A stretch of 64,000 bases of DNA from the NCBI GenBank assembly GCA_965242925.1, contig CBDEUM010000038.1:315668-379667 (forward strand), in the 5' to 3' direction. A program made the translations under genes and the position numbers. Positions 9,158-17,574 of this stretch are shown one piece after another. The notes beneath the pieces were generated by a model that did not search any database, had not been told where the DNA came from, and saw nothing but the letters and a program-made list of their open reading frames with translations. Within the stretch, counting starts at the first letter, position 1; the number at the start of each line of letters is the position of its first letter. Source of the stretch: Roseibacillus sp. (GTDB lineage: Bacteria; Verrucomicrobiota; Verrucomicrobiia; Verrucomicrobiales; Akkermansiaceae).

Positions 9158-10096
9158 ATGAACTGGTCTAGCTTGGACACCTGGACGGTCGCGATTGGAG
9201 CGATTTGCGCGGTGGCCTGCGCCCTGCCTGGCTGTTTTCTCGTTCTTCGGCGCATGAGCATGATGGGGGATGCCATCAGCCATGCCGTCCTGCCCGGTCT
9301 GGCAGTGGCTTTCCTGATTACGCACAGCCGGGTGACTGTGGCGATGTTTGTCGGAGCGGTCTGCATGGGTCTGCTCACCGCGATTTTCACGCAGTGGATC
9401 AGCAAGTTCGGAAAGGTGGACCGGGGTGCGGCGATGGGCATTGTATTTACGAGCCTCTTTGCCCTCGGTCTCATCCTGATCCGTCAATCCGCCAAGCACG
9501 TCGATCTTGATCCCAGCTGCGTGCTCTACGGTTCCTTGGAGTACTGTGTGCTTGATATGGTGCGGATGGGTGCTCTGGAAGTGCCCCGTGCGGCCCTGAG
9601 CACGGGTGCGGTAATGCTCGTGAATTTGCTCCTTTGTGCGCTTTTATTCAAAGAGCTGCGCATTAGCTCCTTCGATCCGACCCTGGCTACTACGATGGGA
9701 ATCAATGCCAACCTGATGCATTATCTCCTCATGGCGGTCGTGGCAGTGACTACGGTTGCGGCCTTCGAGGCAGTGGGAAGCATCATTGTCATTGCCATGC
9801 TGATTGTTCCCCCTGCCACGGCTCTCTTGCTCACCAATCGCTTGCCATTTGTGCTCATATTGAGCGCGGTGATCGGCATTGCCTCGGCCTTTCTGGGGCA
9901 TCTTGGAGCATTGACCGTCCCTCCGCTCTTCGATCTGGGGGGCACGGTGAGTTCCGGCATGATGGCAGTGGCCGCCGGCCTGCTGTTCTGTCTCGCGTGG
10001 CTTCTGTCGCCGCAACAGGGGTTGCTGGTTCGTTGGTTCGGGCGGGATTTTGGACATGGAGAGGAATCCCAGGATTTCCCCGAGGAGACGGTCTAA
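9158..10096 (+). CDS. troD: Metal ABC permease (ABC-3, TroD type)
   Basis: LVLRRMSMMGDAISHAVLPG, FKELRISSFDP and AFEAVGSIIVIAMLIVPPA motifs. Confidence 0.9.
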   Translation: MNWSSLDTWTVAIGAICAVACALPGCFLVLRRMSMMGDAISHAVLPGLAVAFLITHSRVTVAMFVGAVCMGLLTAIFTQWISKFGKVDRGAAMGIVFTSLFALGLILIRQSAKHVDLDPSCVLYGSLEYCVLDMVRMGALEVPRAALSTGAVMLVNLLLCALLFKELRISSFDPTLATTMGINANLMHYLLMAVVAVTTVAAFEAVGSIIVIAMLIVPPATALLLTNRLPFVLILSAVIGIASAFLGHLGALTVPPLFDLGGTVSSGMMAVAAGLLFCLAWLLSPQQGLLVRWFGRDFGHGEESQDFPEETV

Positions 10097-10178
10097 CACC
10101 CTGCCGGGAGCAAGCCTCCCCGCTTCTTTACACGATCTGGCGGTCAATCACTTGCTCACAAGAGTTTGCGATCAATGG

Positions 10179-10208
10179 TTGCGCGTAATCTAAATGCTGT
10201 GTTATCAT
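10179..10208 (+). promoter_or_regulatory. Candidate sigma70 promoter for the SNF2 gene
   Basis: TTGCGC-N18-TATCAT with extended -10 TG (TGtTATCAT). Confidence 0.5.
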
Positions 10209-10238
10209 GGCGTTCTGCTGGCTGTGCGGGTTGTCACT

Positions 10239-10352
10239 CATTCCGTAGCGCCAGCCCCATTCCGTAGCGCCAGCCCCATTCCGTAGCGCCAGCCCCATTC
10301 CGTAGCGCCAGCCCCATTCCGTAGCGCCAGCCCCATTCCGTAGTACCAGCCT
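10239..10352 (+). repeat. 19-bp tandem repeat CATTCCGTAGCGCCAGCCC, 5 perfect copies plus 1 degenerate
   Basis: Units start at 10239, 10258, 10277, 10296 and 10315; the degenerate unit CATTCCGTAGTACCAGCCT starts at 10334. No spacers. Confidence 0.97.
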
Positions 10353-10360
10353 TATTGATC

Positions 10361-13300
10361 ATGACAGAATCAACGATGTCCGCGTTGAATCCGGACCGCG
10401 CGACGCTGAACTTCCTCAACGGCTTTCCCGAGAAGGTCCGTAAGAAGGGAGAGAAACTGCAGCAGGATGGTGCAGTTACGCAGATATTCGGCAACCATCT
10501 CTTCATTCAGGGCCGGGTGGAGGACAAGGCCGGGACACACCGGACGACTCTCCGTCTCCAGGGCAACCGCTGGTTCGGGAACTGCACGGAAGAAGATGAA
10601 GCCATCGCGGGCGCCGCCATGTATGCGACCATGCTGGAGCGCATGCACCGTGGCGAAGATCTGCCCGAGTCACCTAATGAGTTTGACGACACTCCGGTTA
10701 TCGATCTCATCGAGGACAGGATTGAGCGCGAGGTCGATGACAGCGAGGCCGACTTCGTGAGCAAGGTGGAGAAGCGTTATCGGCGTTACGTGATAGAGGG
10801 AGAGATCCACGATCATGATATGGTGCGCCTGAGTCCCCGGTGGGAGATCAACAGCTATGAACCACTTGAGCTCTGGCCCGTTCCGCCAGGGGACATCATC
10901 GAGTTCTGGAACTATATTGCTTATGCCTTTTACAAGCGCAAACTGAACTACCCGGACTTCATGAATGCGATCACCGACCTTGGGGCGGTGCAGCGCAAGA
11001 TGAAGGACTGGGAACAGGAGCGGGAGATTGCCGCATGGTACGACCGCATTGAGCGGGTCAACGACCGACCGCCGCAACTTGAGCCGATTGGAGCTGAGTT
11101 CCGTCTGGTGGCCACCATCAATGAAGCCCGAATAGAGGCCCGGGAAGGAGAGGGTGAGTGGTATGCCCTGCGCGAAAGACAGGAGATCGAGCGACTCCTA
11201 GAGCTCTACAAGGATGCCGCTTTGCGGACGGATGCCGCGAGTCAGATTATCTGGGAGCATTTTCTCAATCACTACACGGAGCACGGAGATTCCAAACTGG
11301 ATCTTGACGAGGAGATTGCCTGCCGATTCCTGAACCGCATGTTTTGTCAGGAGGCAGTGAGCAGCCGTCTGGTCAATCTTGACGCCCGCGAGTTCAAGAT
11401 GGTCAGGGAGCCGCTCAAATGGATATGCGAAGATGATCCGGCCAATCCCAATTGTTTCGCCCTGCAGTTGGTGACCAAGGACGGGGAGGAAGTCTCCCAC
11501 TCGGTCCGACTTCTGCCTGGCCGGGAGGAGCTTTATCAGTCAGACGAGACGGTCTTTCCCGGTCCTCCCCGGTGGTTGGAGGAGACTGAAGTGATGCCTC
11601 GGTACCTTATTCCGAAGACGGTTATCGACAGCCTGGAAGGGGTGGAATTTCTCAGAAAAATTGGAGCCAGACTTCCGGAATCGATGCGCCGCAGGGTTGT
11701 CGACCTAGATCTTTATCCCCGTTTTGAGATGAAGATCATACAGGGTCTGACTGCGGCGGAAACCGAGCACCTTGTCATTGACGTGACGGCTCTTGAGAAG
11801 AAAGAGCGCCGTTGTGAGAAACTGGTCAAGGGGGGCTGGGAAATGGTGGAACAGAAGCCGGTAAGGGGGAAGCAGCTCCTTCGATTTGCGAGAGAGAAAC
11901 TTTACCCCGTCCCTGATATTCTGGCCGAACAGGGCCTCTCTTACGACGAGAAGCTAGGGGCCTTCAAGACGCGCATCACCAAGCAGTTCCCCGAGAGATT
12001 TGCGGAGTGGAACGAGAAGATGCCCGATTTTGCCGAGATTGAGATGGATGGCAAGCTGCGCACGATCCTCGCGGATCCGGTCTCGGCCGCTGTTCGTTTC
12101 GAAGTGATCAACCAGGAGATCGACTGGTTTGACTTGCGGGTGGTCATCGACGTGGAAGGCGTTGATCTCACCAAGGCCCAGATCCGGCAGCTGGTTGCGG
12201 CTCGTGGCGGCTATGTGCGTATGGACGACGGTTCGTGGATGCGTCTCGAGATCAAGCTCGATCCCGATCAGCGTGATGCAGTAACACGGTTGGGACTGGA
12301 TCCCTTTGATCTCTCCGGTGAAACTCACCGCATGCATGCCATGCAGCTGGCGGATCCGAAGGCGGCTGAAGTCTTCGACCCCAAAGCCTGGAAGCGCATC
12401 AAGGATAGTGCCAGGGATATTACGATAGAGGTGGAACCGGAGCTGCCGTCGGGTCTGCAGGCGGAGCTGAGGCCTTATCAGGTCGATGGGTTCCACTTCC
12501 TCGCTTATCTCGCAACCAACCACTTCGGCGGAATCCTGGCCGACGACATGGGCCTCGGTAAGACAATCCAGAGTCTTACCTATATGCTCTGGTTACGCCG
12601 TCTGGCCAAGGAACAGGGCAAGCACATGCCGGCCCTGGTGGTGTGTCCCAAATCCGTGCTCGACGTCTGGGCCGTGGAAGCCGACCGTTTTGCCCCGGAG
12701 CTCAAGGTGCAGGTCCTGCGGAGTCGAGATCAGCTGGATCTCGAAGCTCTCAAGAGCGAACTCGATCTCCTCGTGCTGAATTACGCCCAATTGCGGGTGG
12801 GCGGTGACGAGCTCAACAAGGTGAAGTGGCTGGTGGTCATTCTGGATGAGGGTCAACAGATCAAAAATCCGGATTCGAAGGCCGCGAAATGCGCCCGTGA
12901 ACTGGATGCAGAAAATCGTCTGGTGCTCACGGGAACGCCCATCGAGAACCGCCTGATGGACATGTGGTCCCTTATGGCTTTTGCCATGCCCGGAGTGCTG
13001 GGCTCCCGTGCCTACTTCAAGAAGCGCTTTGATAAGCGCAAGGACCCCAACTCACAGAACCGTCTTGCAGCCCGGCTTCGCCCATTCCTTCTGCGCCGGA
13101 CCAAGGGGCAGGTGGCCAAGGATCTGCCGCCAAGGACCGAGGAGGAGGTTTATGCCAACATGGACGGCATACAGATGGAACTGTACAAGGCGGAACTCAA
13201 GCGCATCCAGAAAGCACTCCTTGGTCTCGACTCGGACGAGGCGGTAAAGAAGAACAGCTTCGCCATCCTGCAGGGTCTCATGCGTCTACGGCAGATCTGC

Positions 13301-13888
13301 TGCCATCCTGGACTGATTGATTCGAAGTATCTCAAGGAGGAAAGCTCAAAGTTGACCGCTCTCTTCTACCTGCTTGACCAGTTGCGCGAGGAGGGACACA
13401 AGGTTCTGGTATTCTCCCAGTTTGTTTCCATGCTGGAAATCATCAGGACCCAGTTGGAGGTCGAGAGCCGTCCCTTCAACTACCTCACCGGTCAGACCAA
13501 GGATCGTAAGGGGGAGATCGAAAGATTCCAGACCTGCAAAGAGGCCTCCGTCTTCCTGCTGTCCCTCAAGGCAGGTGGCTCCGGGTTGAACCTGACCTCT
13601 GCCTCCTACGTCATACTCTACGATCCGTGGTGGAACCCGGCGGTGGAAAACCAAGCCATCGACCGGACGCACCGGATTGGGCAGAAGAACAAGGTGATTG
13701 CCTACAGGCTTCTCACCCGGGACTCGGTAGAGGAGAAGATCCGCGTTCTTCAGCACCAGAAGACCGCTCTGGTCACCAACGTTCTCGGCGATGAGGGCTT
13801 TGCGAGTAACCTCGATCTCGAAGATCTGCAGTTCATCCTCAGTCACGGAGGAGAAATGGAAGGGGACGCAGAGGAGGGCGCCGGATGA
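10361..13888 (+). CDS. SNF2/SWI2-family helicase-like ATPase
   Basis: LRPYQ, ILADDMGLGKT, ILDEGQ, LTGTPIEN, KVLVFSQF, LSLKAGGSGLNL and DPWWNPAVENQAIDRTHRIGQ motifs. Confidence 0.95.
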   Translation: MTESTMSALNPDRATLNFLNGFPEKVRKKGEKLQQDGAVTQIFGNHLFIQGRVEDKAGTHRTTLRLQGNRWFGNCTEEDEAIAGAAMYATMLERMHRGEDLPESPNEFDDTPVIDLIEDRIEREVDDSEADFVSKVEKRYRRYVIEGEIHDHDMVRLSPRWEINSYEPLELWPVPPGDIIEFWNYIAYAFYKRKLNYPDFMNAITDLGAVQRKMKDWEQEREIAAWYDRIERVNDRPPQLEPIGAEFRLVATINEARIEAREGEGEWYALRERQEIERLLELYKDAALRTDAASQIIWEHFLNHYTEHGDSKLDLDEEIACRFLNRMFCQEAVSSRLVNLDAREFKMVREPLKWICEDDPANPNCFALQLVTKDGEEVSHSVRLLPGREELYQSDETVFPGPPRWLEETEVMPRYLIPKTVIDSLEGVEFLRKIGARLPESMRRRVVDLDLYPRFEMKIIQGLTAAETEHLVIDVTALEKKERRCEKLVKGGWEMVEQKPVRGKQLLRFAREKLYPVPDILAEQGLSYDEKLGAFKTRITKQFPERFAEWNEKMPDFAEIEMDGKLRTILADPVSAAVRFEVINQEIDWFDLRVVIDVEGVDLTKAQIRQLVAARGGYVRMDDGSWMRLEIKLDPDQRDAVTRLGLDPFDLSGETHRMHAMQLADPKAAEVFDPKAWKRIKDSARDITIEVEPELPSGLQAELRPYQVDGFHFLAYLATNHFGGILADDMGLGKTIQSLTYMLWLRRLAKEQGKHMPALVVCPKSVLDVWAVEADRFAPELKVQVLRSRDQLDLEALKSELDLLVLNYAQLRVGGDELNKVKWLVVILDEGQQIKNPDSKAAKCARELDAENRLVLTGTPIENRLMDMWSLMAFAMPGVLGSRAYFKKRFDKRKDPNSQNRLAARLRPFLLRRTKGQVAKDLPPRTEEEVYANMDGIQMELYKAELKRIQKALLGLDSDEAVKKNSFAILQGLMRLRQICCHPGLIDSKYLKEESSKLTALFYLLDQLREEGHKVLVFSQFVSMLEIIRTQLEVESRPFNYLTGQTKDRKGEIERFQTCKEASVFLLSLKAGGSGLNLTSASYVILYDPWWNPAVENQAIDRTHRIGQKNKVIAYRLLTRDSVEEKIRVLQHQKTALVTNVLGDEGFASNLDLEDLQFILSHGGEMEGDAEEGAG

Positions 13889-14259
13889 TTCTCAGTCCGC
13901 GAATTGCAGGATGTGGCGTCGGTTTTCACCGATGAATGGGAAAGGCCTGCCCGCCCCTTGATCCCTTTCTGGCCCTCGATTGAAGGGTTCGCCACTGGCT
14001 TTGAGCAAGGGCTTGCCGGCTCTTTGAGGCAATCGGAATAAGGCATTCGGGCAGAAGGATCCCCTGTGGCTGGGTCAGATTATCCGATTGTTGACTGGCG
14101 CCTCTGAGTGACCTGATTCTTCCACTCCTGTGAAGAGGCGACGGAGGTCCTTCAGTTTTCCGTTGTTTTGAGATGAAGGAAGTGCTGGCATTGGCTGCGC
14201 CCCGGGATGGATTGCTATAAGAACGCCGCCTCGGAACAACTTTCCCGATCAATACTGCC

Positions 14260-15294
14260 ATGAGTCACACAACCCGAATTCCATCCGTCCTTACCGTTGC
14301 GGTGGGGAGCATCCTGCTTCTTCATCCAGTCGCGGCCAAGTCTGCTGCCGAGCGCGAGGTCTACAAAGAAGTCATCGTACCGATTCTGCGAGGCAAGTGT
14401 TACCAATGTCATGCCGATGCTGCTGATAATCCGAGTGGAAGGAAGAAGATCAAAGCCAAACTGGACCTGACCACTATTGATCTGATCAAGAAAGGGGGTG
14501 ATGAGGGACCAGCGGCAGTGGCGGGGGATCTCGAGGAAAGCATCATGATCGAGCGGATCAACCTTCCGCATGACGACGACGATCACATGCCACCCGAGGA
14601 CAAACCCCAGCTCGAGGAGCATGAACTGAAGGTGCTCAAGTGGTGGATCAAGGCCAGCCTCCCGGCGGGAAAGAGCATGAAGGACGCAGGCGCTCCTGAC
14701 GACATCCTGGCGGCTGCAGAGAAGGTGCCCTCCGATGAGGAGGTCAAGAAGGCTCTGGTGAAGATGTTTGCTGCAGCGGAGCAAAACGTTGCCAAGTTGG
14801 CAGCCGCTCGCAAGGCGCTGGAAGGAGCGATTGCCGAGGTGTCAGAGCAGTTCCCCAATGCGATTGGCTTTGTTTCCCAGCAGGACAGCGACCTGACCTT
14901 CACAGCGGTGAGCATGCGCAAGGATTTCAAGGACGAGCACCTGACCAAACTTGCTCCGGTGAGCGGCGGACTGGTCGATGTCAACCTGGGAGCCACTTCC
15001 ATCACCGATGCCGGGATGGCAAATCTGAGCAAAATGCCGAAACTCAGGAAACTCTGGCTTAATGGAACGGGAATCACGGACGCCGGTCTGGATTCCATCA
15101 AGGCCTTGAACGCACTGGAATATCTCAACCTTTACGGAACGCAGGTGACCGACGAGGGACTCAGGAAGCTCGCAGGTCTGAAGAATCTCAAGAAACTCTA
15201 TCTCTGGCAGACGAAGGTGACTTCCGGCGCAGTAGAGGAGTTCAAGAAGAGCGCCAAGGACTGTGACGTGAACATGGGGATCAAGATCGAGTAG
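14260..15294 (+). CDS. Exported planctomycete-type cytochrome c domain protein with C-terminal leucine-rich repeats
   Basis: Signal peptide, VPILRGKCYQCH heme motif, HMPP distal Met, then LxxLxLxxTxITDAG repeats. Confidence 0.85.
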   Translation: MSHTTRIPSVLTVAVGSILLLHPVAAKSAAEREVYKEVIVPILRGKCYQCHADAADNPSGRKKIKAKLDLTTIDLIKKGGDEGPAAVAGDLEESIMIERINLPHDDDDHMPPEDKPQLEEHELKVLKWWIKASLPAGKSMKDAGAPDDILAAAEKVPSDEEVKKALVKMFAAAEQNVAKLAAARKALEGAIAEVSEQFPNAIGFVSQQDSDLTFTAVSMRKDFKDEHLTKLAPVSGGLVDVNLGATSITDAGMANLSKMPKLRKLWLNGTGITDAGLDSIKALNALEYLNLYGTQVTDEGLRKLAGLKNLKKLYLWQTKVTSGAVEEFKKSAKDCDVNMGIKIE

Positions 15295-15386
15295 GAAGGA
15301 AACCTGCGGACCGGATCAAGTTTGAATCCCGCGGTATCCCACCGCCGCCGGACCCGTGGGGAGAGAGCCCTCGATCCGGACCTTTG

Positions 15387-16757
15387 TTACGGGGAGTCCC
15401 CGCCCTGGGAGCGATTGCGGAACTGCTGTCTGCGATCGGCGTCACGGATGATCCGGCCCTGCTGCTCAGTGGAAAGTCCGCTGTTTGGGAGCCATGCACG
15501 GGCTTCCTCCGGGTCCTTTCGGATCCAGGAGTGGGCGACCCCGTTCAGGGTTTCCATGCGGATTTCATCATTTGCGATGGAACCGGCCCATTCTGCCGCC
15601 ATCTGGGGGTCTGAGCCGTCAATCTCATTGGCATAGCTCCGCACTGCCGTATCGCGGGATGCAGAAGGATCCATTTCGCGCAGGAAGTTGCCGGCCGAAA
15701 CCGGATCCTCGCGCGTCCAGCGCTCCATGGACTGGTAAATCGCTCGTGACTGGTTGGCTTCGGGGAGATCTGCCAGCCAGCGGACGGCTTCCTCGGGACT
15801 CTCCCGACCAAGTTCTTCGGCTACCTCGCGCACGGCCCGTTCGGCGTAATCCTTGTCGGCGTGACTCTCCACCCAGGCCGCCGCTGCGGCAGGATCTTCC
15901 TTGGCGAACTGATCAGCTACCCGGTCGAAGGCGGAAGCCTTGATCGTTCCTTCCGGGAGTTGTTCGGCCCACGCGGTTGCGTTGGACATGCCGCGTTCAA
16001 TCTGGGCACTCGCGATGGTGTCGAGTTGCCGGTCAAAGGCGTAGGCGCGGGTCCGCTCCCACCACTGGCGCTGGCCTTCCTCGGTGCCGGAGTTGGCGAG
16101 GGTATCCTGTTGGGACTGGTCGAGTTCCAGGACAAAGGCGGTGGCGGCCTCGGGGTCGGAGCTTGCCAGGCCATTCACGATGCCCTGGGCGAGCACGCCT
16201 TTCACCAAATCATTGTCGAGACCCTTGAGGTGTGCTTTGGCGCCCTCCGGATCAGTGCTGGCCCAACCTGTCATCGCTGCGATTCCGGCCTGCCCCTGTC
16301 GGCGGGGATCCCGATCCAGTTCCTCAACTGCCTTCATGGCGGTGGCGCCGTCCAGTTGTCCCCAGGCGCGCAGGAAGAGAGACATTTGCGCATCTGAACT
16401 ACCCCTGCGATTCTTGCGCAAGCCGTCGAAGATGCTCCGTGCGCTGGAGGCGTCCATGCTGAGGATGAGATCAGCGAACAGTTTGTTGGCAATAAGCGGG
16501 TCACGTTCATTGAGAAACTGGGAGACAGTTACCCCTGATCCGGGCAGGTTGTTGTCGGAAGACGAACGTCCTGAAGCCTTGTCCCCTCTCTGCGTCGTGG
16601 AGTAATTCCCGGTCCGGGTTGCGCTGCTCTTGCCGGATCGGCTTTTGCTGGCATCTCCGTCTGAAGCCTCACCTGAGTTCATGCTGGAGCGACCGAAGAG
16701 GAAGGCTGCAGCGGCGAGAGCGAGCCAGATGGCGTGGAGGGTGAGGGACTTGTTCAT
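15387..16757 (-). CDS. Membrane-anchored hypothetical protein with DP.AA..W alpha-helical repeats
   Basis: N-terminal hydrophobic segment, Ser/Gly-rich linker and about nine repeats (DPEGAKAHL, DPEAATAFV, DPAAAAAWV, SPEEAVRWL, DPQMAAEWA, DPEEARAWL and others). Confidence 0.85.
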   Translation of the reverse strand: MNKSLTLHAIWLALAAAAFLFGRSSMNSGEASDGDASKSRSGKSSATRTGNYSTTQRGDKASGRSSSDNNLPGSGVTVSQFLNERDPLIANKLFADLILSMDASSARSIFDGLRKNRRGSSDAQMSLFLRAWGQLDGATAMKAVEELDRDPRRQGQAGIAAMTGWASTDPEGAKAHLKGLDNDLVKGVLAQGIVNGLASSDPEAATAFVLELDQSQQDTLANSGTEEGQRQWWERTRAYAFDRQLDTIASAQIERGMSNATAWAEQLPEGTIKASAFDRVADQFAKEDPAAAAAWVESHADKDYAERAVREVAEELGRESPEEAVRWLADLPEANQSRAIYQSMERWTREDPVSAGNFLREMDPSASRDTAVRSYANEIDGSDPQMAAEWAGSIANDEIRMETLNGVAHSWIRKDPEEARAWLPNSGLSTEQQGRIIRDADRRQQFRNRSQGGDSP

Positions 16758-16787
16758 GGGCAGGATTCAGGATGGGTTATCATGAGC

Positions 16788-16819
16788 ATGCGTGAATGAT
16801 GGTGGGAATCCGCAGAGAA
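16788..16819 (-). promoter_or_regulatory. Candidate ECF-dependent promoter, copy 1 (TTCTCTGCGG-N17-CGCAT)
   Basis: Minus strand reads TTCTCTGCGG ATTCCCACCATCATTCA CGCAT, ending about 30 nt before the ATG at 16757. The same boxes and spacing occur at 17459-17490. Confidence 0.65.
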
Positions 16820-16837
16820 TTGACAGATTGAGGTTTC

Positions 16838-17437
16838 TCAGGAGGGATGCTTGATCTCCCGATGAAGCCAAGTCTTGCCATAGGTCCAGAGGGCCTCCGC
16901 GGAGCGCTTTTTGAGATCCATGGCCTCGGCAGCTTCAGCCATTGTCATCCCCACGAAATAACGGAGTTTGACCAATGTTGCAACCTGCGAATCTACCGCT
17001 TCAAGGCGGCCCAGGGCCTCGTGGACCGCAATCAACTCCTCGGACGGAGCGTTCACCACGATGGAGAGTTCAGCGGCATCAAGTTCCACTTTGGGTGTGC
17101 CGGACCCCCGTTTCTGGCTCTTCTTCCTGCGCGCATGGTCGATAAGGATGCGCCGCATGGCCTCGGCGGCCGCACCGAAGAAGTGGTTGCGGTTTTTCCA
17201 GTTTGGCTCCGAGGTGCCCTCCAGACGGAGCCACGCTTCGTGTACGAGAGCGGTGGCCTGGAGGGTATGTCCAGCGCGTTCGCCCGCCATCCTGCGGCGG
17301 GCGAGGCTGCGCAATTCCTCGTAGACGGCAGGAAGAAGTTCTTCCGCCGTGCACTCTCCGGTCTCCATCCGGCAGAGAATGCGGGTCACGTCGTCCAAGG
17401 TAAGGTGGAGAGTCCTCCATGCCCCGGATTCTGTCAA
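16838..17437 (-). CDS. ECF-type RNA polymerase sigma factor, TIGR02999-like (kinase-associated); likely start TTG at 17398
   Basis: DVTRIL, ELLPAVYEELRSLA, HTLQATALVHEAWLRL, HFFGAAAEAMRRILIDHARRK and LVKLRYFVG motifs. Confidence 0.92.
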   Translation of the reverse strand: MTESGAWRTLHLTLDDVTRILCRMETGECTAEELLPAVYEELRSLARRRMAGERAGHTLQATALVHEAWLRLEGTSEPNWKNRNHFFGAAAEAMRRILIDHARRKKSQKRGSGTPKVELDAAELSIVVNAPSEELIAVHEALGRLEAVDSQVATLVKLRYFVGMTMAEAAEAMDLKKRSAEALWTYGKTWLHREIKHPS

Positions 17438-17458
17438 CGGGCAGCACGGGAAGAAAGG

Positions 17459-17490
17459 TTCTCTGCGGGAATTTCGACAAATTTGCGCAT
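17459..17490 (+). promoter_or_regulatory. Candidate ECF-dependent promoter, copy 2 (TTCTCTGCGG-N17-CGCAT)
   Basis: TTCTCTGCGG GAATTTCGACAAATTTG CGCAT upstream of the kinase gene. Confidence 0.65.
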
Positions 17491-17574
17491 AATGAGGATG
17501 GCGATGGTATTATGTCCTCGTACAGTTCGTGAGGTCTCGGACCCTTCACCGACAACCAGTCAACGATCGCTGCC

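Noticed and set aside
10239..10352. CRISPR array
   Set aside because: Units are head-to-tail with no unique spacers, only 19 bp long, and there are no cas genes in the window.
10361..13888. SNF2 ATPase as part of an anti-phage defence island
   Set aside because: No neighbouring nuclease, methylase or other defence gene; the only MTase lies more than 40 kb away.
14185..14201. Sigma54 promoter upstream of the cytochrome c-LRR gene
   Set aside because: GG-N10-GC spacing is present, but the -12 region lacks TT and the trailing W; too weak in GC-rich DNA.
17482..17510. dif site (TGCGCATAATG resembles the XerC arm)
   Set aside because: No XerD arm (TTATGTTAAAT) follows; the CGCAT is better explained by the shared ECF-type motif.
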